Of a DNA stretch of 64,000 bases, positions 38,793 to 47,781 are shown one piece after another. The translations under genes and the position numbers were made by a program. This stretch comes from an uncultured Clostridia bacterium (lineage in GTDB: Bacteria > Bacillota > Clostridia > Christensenellales > UBA1242). The DNA is taken from positions 17,416 to 81,415 of the forward strand of contig CALVTO010000001.1 of assembly GCA_944362705.1 (NCBI GenBank). The letters run 5' to 3'. The notes beneath the pieces are model-generated. The model made no database searches. It was given only the letters and a program-made list of their open reading frames with translations, and was not told the origin of the DNA. Numbering within the stretch: position 1 is the stretch's first letter; every line of letters begins with the position of its first letter.

Positions 38793-39695
38793 ATGGACGT
38801 AATTAACATACAGCATCTCACCAAAGATTATGGCAATGGCAAAGGTATTTTTGATATTAACATTTCTATAAAAAAAGGCGAAATGTTTGGATTTGTTGGT
38901 ACCAATGGCGCCGGAAAAACAACGACACTTCGTCATATTATGGGGTTTTTAAAACCAGATAAAGGCGAAGTAAAAGTTATGGGGCTAGATGCTTGGAAAC
39001 AAGCCGATAAAGTGAAAGAATATGTAGCCTATATTCCCGGAGAAATCGCATTTCCTGATTTAAAAAATGGTGTTGAATTTTTAAAATCACAAGAAGAATT
39101 TTACGGAATGAAAGATTCCACCTATACAAATGAAATGTTAAAAAAATTGCACTTAGACCCAACAGCAGGCTTAAAGCAAATGAGCAAAGGTATGAAACAA
39201 AAAACGGCTATTGTTGCTTGTTTTATGCGTAATGCCGACATTTTAATTTTAGATGAACCTACCACAGGGTTAGACCCACTCATGCGTGTTGCTTTTATTG
39301 ATATTATAAAACAAGAAAAAGCCAAAGGAAAAACTATTTTAATGAGTAGCCATATGTTTGAAGAATTGCAAGAAACATGCGACAGGGTGGCGTTAATTGA
39401 TAGGGGGCATATTGTAAGTATAGCCAATGTACAAGATATTAAAAATAGGCCTTTTTCAGAGTTTAAAATAGAGTTTTTACACAAAGAAGATTATGTGTCT
39501 TTTAAAAAGCTTTCTTATAACATTGTGCGCGACCAAGAGAAATATCAACAAGTAACCATTTCTATTGCTAAAGACAAAGAAAACGAATTGTTTACAGATT
39601 TAAAAAAGTACAAATTAAAATTTATAGCAGAAGTTTCTTATAACTTAGAAACGTATTTTAAAGAAAAATTAAAGGAGGTGTATCATGGTAAGTAA
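38793..39695 (+). CDS. ABC transporter ATP-binding protein (second copy)
   Basis: GTNGAGKTT and ILILDEPTTGLD. Confidence 0.9.
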   Translation: MDVINIQHLTKDYGNGKGIFDINISIKKGEMFGFVGTNGAGKTTTLRHIMGFLKPDKGEVKVMGLDAWKQADKVKEYVAYIPGEIAFPDLKNGVEFLKSQEEFYGMKDSTYTNEMLKKLHLDPTAGLKQMSKGMKQKTAIVACFMRNADILILDEPTTGLDPLMRVAFIDIIKQEKAKGKTILMSSHMFEELQETCDRVALIDRGHIVSIANVQDIKNRPFSEFKIEFLHKEDYVSFKKLSYNIVRDQEKYQQVTISIAKDKENELFTDLKKYKLKFIAEVSYNLETYFKEKLKEVYHGK

Positions 39696-41280
39696 ACCAC
39701 TATTAAAACAGTCTGTTAAAGCAAATAAAATTATTTGGTTGCTTGTAACCTTGGCGACATGCATTATGCTTGCGTCTATTATTGTTATCATGGGTAGTGC
39801 TGGCGTGAGCCAAATACGTGATTCGCTAACGGGTGTGTTTGTAAAAAATGTTGTCAATACAGAAATTGATAAAAATTCCATGAATTCGTATTATTTAATA
39901 AACGAATCGATTAAGGGGTACAATAGTAATTACAGTTTAGTAAAAAATCTAGTAGAAGGCGATGCAAGCAATGTGAAAAATAGCTATGATACAGCTATTG
40001 AACAAAACCCCGAGCAAAAAGATGAGATCATTGCAACGGTTATTGCAGAATATACACCAAACACGTGGTTGCTTATAGGGTTAAGTCAATACAACGTTAC
40101 CGAAGAAATGTGGAAAGGGTTTATGCTTCAAGTTTTAACCGATTATGCAAATACAGAAACCGCGAATGAGCAAACGGCGGAATTTATGGCAAAACAAGCA
40201 TTTGTGCTTGTGTTATCACAACAAGTTTATGAGCAAGTTCTTGCGCAGGGCGGTGAAAATCCAAGTGTAGAAGAAGCAAACAATGCACAACAACTTGTGT
40301 ATACAGGTGTAATGACATATGTTCGCCAAGCAGATGCGGGGATGGTAGGTACAGATGAGGCAAGCGTAGCTACCTTTACAGAAAATTTTGTCGCATCAAT
40401 TTTATCTGTACAAATGCACGCTATCTTTGTAGAAAGTGGATATGAATTTAGTGAAGAGTACATAAATAACCGCTCTAAAAAAGCAATAGATAATTTCCGT
40501 GCGCAATTAGCGTACAGAGAAATTGACACAACAAACAGTACCGAAGTGCAAGCTTTAATTGATGAACTTTGTGTTAGTTTGTTTGATGAAATGCCAACAG
40601 ATGTTGCAAACAGCTTACGAGATTTGGGAGATTTAGATATTTATGGTCTTGTTGTTGGAAATATTTTCTTCCGTATGGCGGGGCTATTGTTACCGTTTGT
40701 ATTTATTATTATGTGTTCGAACAACTTACTCGCAGGTCAAGTGGATACGGGCGCTATGGCATATGTGCTTTCTACGCCAACAAAACGTCGTAAAGTTGCA
40801 TTTACACAAGCCGTATATTTAGTTATGTCGCTTTTTATTATGTTTTTGTTAACTACCATTGTGAGTGTTATTGCACTGAATTGTGTCAATAGTTCTACGG
40901 TTACCATGAACACTTCTCAAATATTATTATTTAACCTTGGTGCTTTTTTAACCACCTTTGCTATCTCTGGTATTTGCTTCTTAGCTTCGGCATGTTTTAA
41001 TCGTAGCAAAAACGCAATGGGTGTGGGTGGCGGTATATCTATGTTTTTCTTAGTTACTACCATTTTAGGTATGTTTGGTTCAGAAATTATTCCTGCGGTT
41101 GTGCGTATTGATAGTATGAACTTCTTTAACTATTTATCCATTATTACATTGTTTGATGCCGTTTCTATATTAAATGGAACGTTAACGTATTTATGGAAGT
41201 TTGCTATTTTGGTGGTAATTGGTATTGTAACCTACACGATTGGCATTGAAAGATTTAATAAAAAAGATTTGCCTTTATAA
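39685..41280 (+). CDS. ABC-2-type permease with a large extracytoplasmic loop
   Basis: An N-terminal TM, a soluble region of about 300 aa, then five C-terminal TMs. It follows the two ATPase genes. Confidence 0.7.
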   Translation: MVSKPLLKQSVKANKIIWLLVTLATCIMLASIIVIMGSAGVSQIRDSLTGVFVKNVVNTEIDKNSMNSYYLINESIKGYNSNYSLVKNLVEGDASNVKNSYDTAIEQNPEQKDEIIATVIAEYTPNTWLLIGLSQYNVTEEMWKGFMLQVLTDYANTETANEQTAEFMAKQAFVLVLSQQVYEQVLAQGGENPSVEEANNAQQLVYTGVMTYVRQADAGMVGTDEASVATFTENFVASILSVQMHAIFVESGYEFSEEYINNRSKKAIDNFRAQLAYREIDTTNSTEVQALIDELCVSLFDEMPTDVANSLRDLGDLDIYGLVVGNIFFRMAGLLLPFVFIIMCSNNLLAGQVDTGAMAYVLSTPTKRRKVAFTQAVYLVMSLFIMFLLTTIVSVIALNCVNSSTVTMNTSQILLFNLGAFLTTFAISGICFLASACFNRSKNAMGVGGGISMFFLVTTILGMFGSEIIPAVVRIDSMNFFNYLSIITLFDAVSILNGTLTYLWKFAILVVIGIVTYTIGIERFNKKDLPL

Positions 41281-41292
41281 TAAGCAAACAGA

Positions 41293-41318
41293 AAACACCC
41301 TTGTTTGGGTGTTTTTTT
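41293..41318 (+). terminator. Rho-independent terminator
   Basis: AAACACCC-ttgttt-GGGTGTTT followed by a T run. Confidence 0.8.
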
Positions 41319-41365
41319 ATTGAGAAACAAATATATTCGTGGTATACTGCTTTTAGGAGAAAATT

Positions 41366-42514
41366 ATGCAACGAGTGTTACAAACGATATTAGAAAATAT
41401 TCATGCATTTCAAAAAATTATTTTCAGCGATTATTTACCTAATGCTTCATATAAAAAAATTGTTTTGCGTTTAGTGCAAGGTAAAGAACATGTATATATA
41501 CAAGCCGAACAGTTTACGCAAAAACAAGTGTTTCATGTAAACTTTGATTGTAACCAAGCACAAGAATATGTGCACAAGGTAGTACCGTTTTATAAGCAAG
41601 TTGTATTGTTTTTATGCGGTCAAACGATAAGTTTTCATATTTTGCCTAACGGAAAAATAAAAAAACACATACAAAATAACACGTGTGAAAATGTGGTACC
41701 TAGTTTACATAACCGTAATAAAACGTATCTTTTACAAGAAGGCGAAAATATACCAGCACTTAGAGATTTAGGTGTATTTACAGCAGATAATAAAATTGTA
41801 AAAAGTATGTACGATAAATACAAACAAATTAACAAGTTTGTAGAAATGGTAGATGAAACATTAAAAAAAGAAGACTTAACACATATAACTATGTTAGATT
41901 TTGGTTGTGGCAAATCGTATTTAACTTTTATTTTGTATTATTATTTTACGGTAAAACGAAATATCAGCGTACATATCATTGGGTACGATATAAAACGAGA
42001 TGTAGTAGAGCATTGCAACAAAGTAGCGCAAACGTATGGTTACAAAAATTTGCGTTTTGAAGTGAGTGACGTTAGTAAAGATACACTAAGCGAAGAGCAC
42101 ATAGATATGGTGGTTTCCTTACATGCCTGCAATACCGCTACCGATTATGCATTGCATTACGCCATAATGAAAAAAGTTCCTTATATTTTTTCTGTGCCTT
42201 GTTGCCAGCATGAAATTAACGAGAGTATTCAAAAGGGTGGAGACTTTGACATATTTTTAAAACACGGTTTGTTTAAAGAACGTTTTAGTGCTTTGTTGAC
42301 CGATGCCGTGCGGGCAGAAATTTTAAAGGCTATGGGGTACGCGGTAGATGTTATTGAGTTTGTCGATTTGGCCCATTCGCCTAAAAATGTTATGTTGCGT
42401 GCAAAAAAAGTGCATGCATCAAATACAACTATGTTACTACCTATAAAAGAACTTTTGGGAAAATATGGTGTACAACAAACACTATTACAGTTATTAGAAA
42501 AGGAGAATATATGA
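41366..42514 (+). CDS. Class I SAM-dependent methyltransferase
   Basis: Motif I is MLDFGCGKSYLTF. It has an N-terminal extension of about 170 aa. Confidence 0.7.
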   Translation: MQRVLQTILENIHAFQKIIFSDYLPNASYKKIVLRLVQGKEHVYIQAEQFTQKQVFHVNFDCNQAQEYVHKVVPFYKQVVLFLCGQTISFHILPNGKIKKHIQNNTCENVVPSLHNRNKTYLLQEGENIPALRDLGVFTADNKIVKSMYDKYKQINKFVEMVDETLKKEDLTHITMLDFGCGKSYLTFILYYYFTVKRNISVHIIGYDIKRDVVEHCNKVAQTYGYKNLRFEVSDVSKDTLSEEHIDMVVSLHACNTATDYALHYAIMKKVPYIFSVPCCQHEINESIQKGGDFDIFLKHGLFKERFSALLTDAVRAEILKAMGYAVDVIEFVDLAHSPKNVMLRAKKVHASNTTMLLPIKELLGKYGVQQTLLQLLEKENI

Positions 42515-43209
42515 AAATTACTGTTTTAGGCTCTGGGTGCACATGGACAAAAGAACTTTCTACCAGTTTTTTAATTAACGATAATTTTTTATTTGATACC
42601 CCTCAGGGTTCGTATAGGCGCATTTTAAGTATGATAGACCTTGTAAATATTCATTATATTTATATAAGTCATTTTCATAGCGACCATTTTGCAGAAATTC
42701 ATTTAATACTAGAAAAATGCAAACGTACCAATCAAAAACTGACGATTATTGCGCCTAAAGGTTGTAAACGAAGACTGTTTGCCATGTTTCGTATATTTGA
42801 AATTCCGCACTTAATTTCTTATGTAAAAAAATATGTTACGTTTGTTACCATGAAACATGGGAAAACCTACCAAGATGAAAACTATAAACTTACTTTTTAC
42901 AAAATGCAACATGGAGGTTTATTGTGTTTTGGCTGTGTGTTTGAAGAAGGTAATAAAAAAATTGCTTTTTCTGCGGATACTTGTATGTGTGCATCTGTAC
43001 ACGAACTATTACAAAACGCAAATGTTGCGTTTTTAGATACGGCTGCCGTACAACCAAATTTCAAGCATTTATCAGTTAAAGAAGTTGCCCAATTGCAACA
43101 AATGTACCCGCAAGTAACCATATATTCGGTACATGGTTCGGTGGATAGTTGGAGCGAAGGCAAAAATATTTGTCGGTTTGTACATGATAAACAAATTATA
43201 AAAATTTAA
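42511..43209 (+). CDS. MBL-fold metallo-hydrolase
   Basis: ISHFHSDHF (HxHxDH). ATGA overlap with the methyltransferase gene. Confidence 0.75.
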   Translation: MKITVLGSGCTWTKELSTSFLINDNFLFDTPQGSYRRILSMIDLVNIHYIYISHFHSDHFAEIHLILEKCKRTNQKLTIIAPKGCKRRLFAMFRIFEIPHLISYVKKYVTFVTMKHGKTYQDENYKLTFYKMQHGGLLCFGCVFEEGNKKIAFSADTCMCASVHELLQNANVAFLDTAAVQPNFKHLSVKEVAQLQQMYPQVTIYSVHGSVDSWSEGKNICRFVHDKQIIKI

Positions 43210-43227
43210 TATATAAGAGGATATAAT

Positions 43228-44064
43228 ATGAAACAAAGTTTAATATTAGAAATTTGTCAGGCGTGGTGTAAACTTAGTCGTAAAGAAAAAATTAAATTGT
43301 TGCAACAGTTTGAAGAGTGTAATGCAGCATTTCAAAAAAGAGAAGTTCGTGAAGTTGTAGAAAATAGTTCTCTTGAAAAAGGTACTGCCGCAGTTTATAG
43401 TTATGATGCACCATCATATATTTTTTTATCAACATTACGGGATGATAATAATGCAATTGATGTGTTGAGTGACGTGTATCATGAAGGTTTTCATGCATAT
43501 GTGGATGATTTTTTTCACGATAAATCAGATTTATCTCTCTTTTCAAATGTAGATGCAGAAAGAATGTTTAAAGAACGTGAGCTTCAGCATTTATTATATA
43601 ACCGAGCAATGCAAGAAGGTTTGTTAACGCTATTTTCCTTAAAGTATTATGAAGAAAAACTTGTAAGAATAGAAACATGTTTATATTTTTTATATAATTT
43701 ATTGCAATCGTGCGAAAATTTACATGATGTAAATTGTATTCTACAGCTATATCATGATCATATAATGGGAGCTTTTTATAATTATGATCGATATGCGCAT
43801 ATGGTAGATAAAACATCTAAAATACAATATGATCAATTGATGGCGTTGGTGCAAACTGTAGATATTATGTTTTTTAAAGACCATTTACAATCTATAAGCA
43901 CAACGAAAGAAATTCATGATGTTGTTCATCCGCAACTTTTACGACATTTTGAAAAAAATTTTAAAGTTTTTACACGTCTTCAAGGAGAAATGCGTAGTTT
44001 AAGTCGACAACAACTAACAAGAGAGTTTGTAAAAAATATTATAGAATATACAAAAGCAAAATAA
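43228..44064 (+). CDS. Hypothetical protein with an HExxH motif (YHEGFHAY); AT-rich gene
   Basis: AAGAGG RBS and a long ORF. I recognise no family beyond the HEGFH motif. Confidence 0.55.
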   Translation: MKQSLILEICQAWCKLSRKEKIKLLQQFEECNAAFQKREVREVVENSSLEKGTAAVYSYDAPSYIFLSTLRDDNNAIDVLSDVYHEGFHAYVDDFFHDKSDLSLFSNVDAERMFKERELQHLLYNRAMQEGLLTLFSLKYYEEKLVRIETCLYFLYNLLQSCENLHDVNCILQLYHDHIMGAFYNYDRYAHMVDKTSKIQYDQLMALVQTVDIMFFKDHLQSISTTKEIHDVVHPQLLRHFEKNFKVFTRLQGEMRSLSRQQLTREFVKNIIEYTKAK

Positions 44065-44072
44065 AATGTAAA

Positions 44073-44098
44073 AAAACACCCTAATTGGGTGTTTTTTT
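44073..44098 (+). terminator. Rho-independent terminator, near-identical to the one at 41293
   Basis: AAACACCC-taatt-GGGTGTTT followed by a T run. Confidence 0.8.
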
Positions 44099-44413
44099 AT
44101 GCAAAACTGTATATAAAATGATTTATTTTTTGTTTCTGGCGAGAACATGTATCTGTTTTTCAATAAAGTGGTGCCAAGCAAAATGCCGTTTTGTATTTCT
44201 TCCATTTGTAAAGGAACTTCGCATTTTTTATTTATTTTATTTTGTTGCGAATTATATTTTGTTGCAATGAAAAAATTTGAAATATTAAAAAATTCTGTCC
44301 AAATATTTTGTTTGTCGTTTACATTAAGGTAGAGTGGGTGATAATTTGGAATTCCTAAGCTTTCGTCCATGATATCTTCTTTTTATTTCATATATAACAT
44401 ATGTGGGTGCATG

Positions 44414-44983
44414 TCAATAGGGGGCTTTTTCTAGCAATTGTTTTAGTTCTTGAAAAATAGGTACATTTTCTTTATACCCTTTCGGGTTTAGTGGACTTGG
44501 ATGATATATGGGTATTACGGTATACTTCTTTTCATTTAAGGTTATAGGTATTTGTTTGCCAACAATGGTGGCATATGTTTTTATTTTTTGTTGTAATAAA
44601 GCCTGTGTGGGGAATTTGCCCATAGTGAGTATGATAGAACAAGGTATGTTTTGTATTTGCTCTATAAAGAAAGGGCGACAATTATTTGAGCACACATTTA
44701 ATTGTTTTCTATTTGTTATGATACATTTACACATTTCTGTGAAATAAATATCATTTATCGTATACCCTAGTATTTGTAACAGTTTATGAAGTATTTTACC
44801 GCTTGCTTGTAGTTTTCCTTCCGTATTATAAAAAGCTTGATTCGATTGTATCCAACCATCTTTCGCAGGGCTTTCACCTACAATAATAAAAGGCGTGTTA
44901 CCTATTTGAATACTTACTTTTGTAAGTTTTGGTAAATGGCCGCAAGCATTACAGTTGTTAATTTTTTGTTGAATTTGTTGCAT
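44414..44983 (-). CDS. Uracil-DNA glycosylase superfamily protein (family 4/5-like, Cys-rich)
   Basis: IVGESPAKDGW (motif A variant) and IYHPSPLN (motif B). Cys clusters are CNAC and MCKC...CSNNC. Confidence 0.65.
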   Translation of the reverse strand: MQQIQQKINNCNACGHLPKLTKVSIQIGNTPFIIVGESPAKDGWIQSNQAFYNTEGKLQASGKILHKLLQILGYTINDIYFTEMCKCIITNRKQLNVCSNNCRPFFIEQIQNIPCSIILTMGKFPTQALLQQKIKTYATIVGKQIPITLNEKKYTVIPIYHPSPLNPKGYKENVPIFQELKQLLEKAPY

Positions 44984-44996
44984 GCGTCTCCTAAGG

Positions 44997-45803
44997 TTAC
45001 TTATTTTCTAAAAACAAGCAAAACTCGTTTAATAAACTTTTAAATTGTTGTGGTAAATATGTTTGGCACTTTTTTATCATATGTTTTGGAATGTTTTCAT
45101 AATATGCTTCGGCAATACTGGCCGTAATTGTTGTTATGGTGTCGGTATCACCACCAAAGGAAACTGCATTACGAAGACAATCTATAAAGCTTTTTCCATG
45201 AAAAAAAGATACCAAAGCGGGCATTATGGTTTCTAACGCATCACTTGTGTAGGTGTAGTTACGGTGGTAGCGTTCGTAACTTTCTGGGAACGTAATAAAA
45301 AATGTGTTTTGTAAAAATTGTTTTAAGGCACGTTTATTTTTATTTGTTTTTAAAAAGAAAATGGTATAACAAACAATTTTAGCGCCAAATTTCGCTGATG
45401 GAGTGTTATGTGTTGGCGTTATGCCGTTTTCAATAAGCTTATTTATTTCTTCGTAAGAATTTGCGAACCATGCTATAGGGCTACAGCGCATTGCTCCGCC
45501 GTTACCATAGCTTTCTCGAAACCCCTTACAACCACTGTTTGCCCACGCAGCAAAAGCTTCTCCATAAATAGTGGGTGAAATATCGGGGTATATTTTATAA
45601 AACTTGCGCACGCATTCTAGCATTTGTAAACTTGTGTGATTGGTGTGTAACAGCCAATCTATGGTTGCAAATGTTAAAATAGTATCATCTGAAAATTTTG
45701 TGCGTGGTGTAAATAACGCAAATTTTTTTACTTTTAAATTATATAATTCGTTTTCGTGTGTGTATGAATTTGCAATCATATCACCAATATAAAAACCGTG
45801 CAT
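44997..45803 (-). CDS. ADP-ribosylglycohydrolase family protein
   Basis: GDMIANSY..E, FSDDTILT and GGDTDTITTITASIAEAYY. Confidence 0.8.
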   Translation of the reverse strand: MHGFYIGDMIANSYTHENELYNLKVKKFALFTPRTKFSDDTILTFATIDWLLHTNHTSLQMLECVRKFYKIYPDISPTIYGEAFAAWANSGCKGFRESYGNGGAMRCSPIAWFANSYEEINKLIENGITPTHNTPSAKFGAKIVCYTIFFLKTNKNKRALKQFLQNTFFITFPESYERYHRNYTYTSDALETIMPALVSFFHGKSFIDCLRNAVSFGGDTDTITTITASIAEAYYENIPKHMIKKCQTYLPQQFKSLLNEFCLFLENK

Positions 45804-45851
45804 ATCTCACTCCTTACATATATTTACTATAGCATATTTTTTCATGATTGA

Positions 45852-45884
45852 AAAATAAAAAAACAAACAGAAAATGTTTGTTTT
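45852..45884 (-). terminator. AT-rich hairpin terminator after the membrane-protein gene
   Basis: AAACAAACA-gaaaa-TGTTTGTTT with flanking A/T runs. Confidence 0.45.
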
Positions 45885-45888
45885 TTTA

Positions 45889-46725
45889 TTAAGCGGATTT
45901 TTGCCTTTTACGTTTACCGTATACGTATGTATTATGAATTGCTATGGCAATTAAAACAATAATGTAAGAGACCAGAATAAACCCTAAAATATAGGAAAGT
46001 AAAAAGACAATATAAGGAACTTTTGTGTAAATGATAGAAAGAAGAGGGAGGGTACAAGGATAAAATGGGCTAATATAAAACATGTTAAAAGTTTGCCCCG
46101 TGCTTATACCGCCTGCCCATTTCCAAATATAATTGCTTAGCATGGCTAGAGATAGCACGGCTAAAAAAACATAACTTGCTTTAAGTGCAGATTTCTGTTT
46201 ACATTCTACGGAATGGGTTGCCCAAAGCAAAAAGCCAATAACCGTCATGCTTCCATGCCAAAACATGGTTTGAAAATTAATATATAGAGTAGAAGAGAAC
46301 ACATCGCCAGGGTAAATCATTACGGCTAAACCGCCAAAAAGCGCAAAGGTTGCAAGGTAGGCGTATAATGCATTTTGCAATTTCCCTTTTTTGCATAAAC
46401 CTGCTAATATCATAAGGTACATAGGGGTAGAGCAAAATTGAAATGGGAACGCGTACCATTGGTAACCCCAAGAAGCAGTTTGCGTAGCGTTATTCCACGA
46501 AAAACTATATACAAGTTGTTTTATAATTTCAAAAATAAGCAAGAGTAAACCAACAGTTAAAACGGTGTACTTTACACCTTTTTGTGTGATTTTATGCCTA
46601 AATATAAAAATAAGTGTAATAAGGGCGATCATAACAATTAGGCATAAAATATGATACCAACCAAAAATAGTTGGGGTTGCAGATGGTTTTTGAAAAAAAT
46701 AAATAAACGTTTCGAATGCGTTCAA
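45889..46725 (-). CDS. Multi-pass integral membrane protein (possibly YwaF/TIGR02206-like)
   Basis: Seven to eight hydrophobic helices. The family assignment is tentative. Confidence 0.6.
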   Translation of the reverse strand: MNAFETFIYFFQKPSATPTIFGWYHILCLIVMIALITLIFIFRHKITQKGVKYTVLTVGLLLLIFEIIKQLVYSFSWNNATQTASWGYQWYAFPFQFCSTPMYLMILAGLCKKGKLQNALYAYLATFALFGGLAVMIYPGDVFSSTLYINFQTMFWHGSMTVIGFLLWATHSVECKQKSALKASYVFLAVLSLAMLSNYIWKWAGGISTGQTFNMFYISPFYPCTLPLLSIIYTKVPYIVFLLSYILGFILVSYIIVLIAIAIHNTYVYGKRKRQKSA

Positions 46726-46814
46726 GGCTTTTCCTCACGTACTGTTTGTTTTAGTATGTTTCATTTTTCTATTTTTTTGCATAGTTTCTTGTTTTTTTTA
46801 AAAAACCAAGGTCG

Positions 46815-47063
46815 TTATTGTATTTGGTAGTTTAAAAGTTTTCTATAAAGGTTTACTAAAATATGATAGTCAACAATTATTTTCTCTGCATTTGGGAATG
46901 TTTGTAAAGAAATATCTAGGTTTGCTTTACCTTTTTTATATCGTAGGGCATAGGGGTAAACCATTCTAAATTATGTAAATGTTCGTACATATGGATAATA
47001 AGTTTTGAAAATTGTTTAGCGTCTTTTGTTTGTAATTGACTTATAACCATAAAATATTTCCAT
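46815..47063 (-). pseudogene. Possible frameshifted small gene (about 83 codons if two frameshifts in A-rich runs are corrected)
   Basis: Three consecutive minus-strand reading segments join as MEIFYGYKSITNK / KDAKQFSKLIIHMYEHLHNLEWFTPMPYDIKK / GKANLDISLQTFPNAEKIIVDYHILVNLYRKLLNYQIQ. Confidence 0.3.
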
Positions 47064-47099
47064 GTATTTCTATTGTATACTATTGCAACTTATTTAAAA

Positions 47100-47690
47100 T
47101 TATTTCGAACGAGAACTTGTAACAATAGATTCTGTTTCAAATCCTGGCGTTAATTTTTTAAATAATGCGTTTATAAATTTTCTTTGTTTAAGAAAAAACA
47201 AATATTGTTCTTTAGATATAGCATACATTTCATCATTGTGAGTTGCGTTTAAGTTTTCATGTGTTTGTAATACATCGGTTTTGAAGAAAGGTGACGTTTC
47301 TATAGAAGTTAACAAGGTTTTAATGTCTTGATATCGTTTCATTGAATTAATCAATTCAGGGCGAACAGCGTACACGGTTTCGTTATTGCTAGATGCGCTT
47401 GTTATATTGGTTTTATAAAGTGGGTAAGTAGGGTCTTCGCTTTTTGTATCAAGATATTGTGCTATGGTGAATTTGGAAGAAACAAAACTCTGTTCAGAGG
47501 GTTGTGTAGAAGAAAGTGTGCTTACAGAAAATTTTGTTGATGCAATTAAGTGCAGTAAGGCTTCTGTTGTATGTATTTGCGTATGGTTAAATTTTGTTTC
47601 GAAAAGTAACATTTTTAATATATTGCCTACAATAAGCATATTGTAGGATGCGTATAAAATATTTTCTTTTGTTTCATTTGTTGGTTGCAT
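47100..47690 (-). CDS. Hypothetical protein (no recognisable domain)
   Basis: It has its own promoter and an AAGGAG RBS. The ORF is long and S/T-rich. Confidence 0.6.
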   Translation of the reverse strand: MQPTNETKENILYASYNMLIVGNILKMLLFETKFNHTQIHTTEALLHLIASTKFSVSTLSSTQPSEQSFVSSKFTIAQYLDTKSEDPTYPLYKTNITSASSNNETVYAVRPELINSMKRYQDIKTLLTSIETSPFFKTDVLQTHENLNATHNDEMYAISKEQYLFFLKQRKFINALFKKLTPGFETESIVTSSRSK

Positions 47691-47711
47691 AAAAAACTCC
47701 TTTATAATTCA

Positions 47712-47741
47712 ATTGTACCATGGTTTTAAAAGAAAGGTCAA
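47712..47741 (-). promoter_or_regulatory. Sigma-A promoter (TTGACC, 18 nt spacer, TACAAT) for the 47100-47690 gene
   Basis: The hexamers were read on the minus strand. Confidence 0.5.
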
Positions 47742-47754
47742 GGTAACAAAACAA

Positions 47755-47781
47755 AAATAAAAAACGCGTTTACACGCGTTT
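47755..47781 (-). terminator. Rho-independent terminator after the ABC gene
   Basis: Stem AACGCG/CGCGTT with a T run on the minus strand. Confidence 0.7.

Noticed and set aside
44014-44370. A 118-aa minus-strand ORF downstream of the UDG gene.
   Set aside because: It runs through the strong terminator hairpin at 44073-44098 and 50 nt into the convergent gene. It has no RBS and a very AT-rich, low-complexity tail. It may be a decayed fragment, but I cannot support it as a gene.
46726-47100. A direct repeat of the tRNA-Ser 3' end (attL/attR) and an integrase at the island borders.
   Set aside because: By eye I found no copy of GGATTTGAACCC or the acceptor-arm sequence at the left border, and no integrase or recombinase ORF anywhere in 43-55.4 kb. 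The island call therefore rests on composition and context only.
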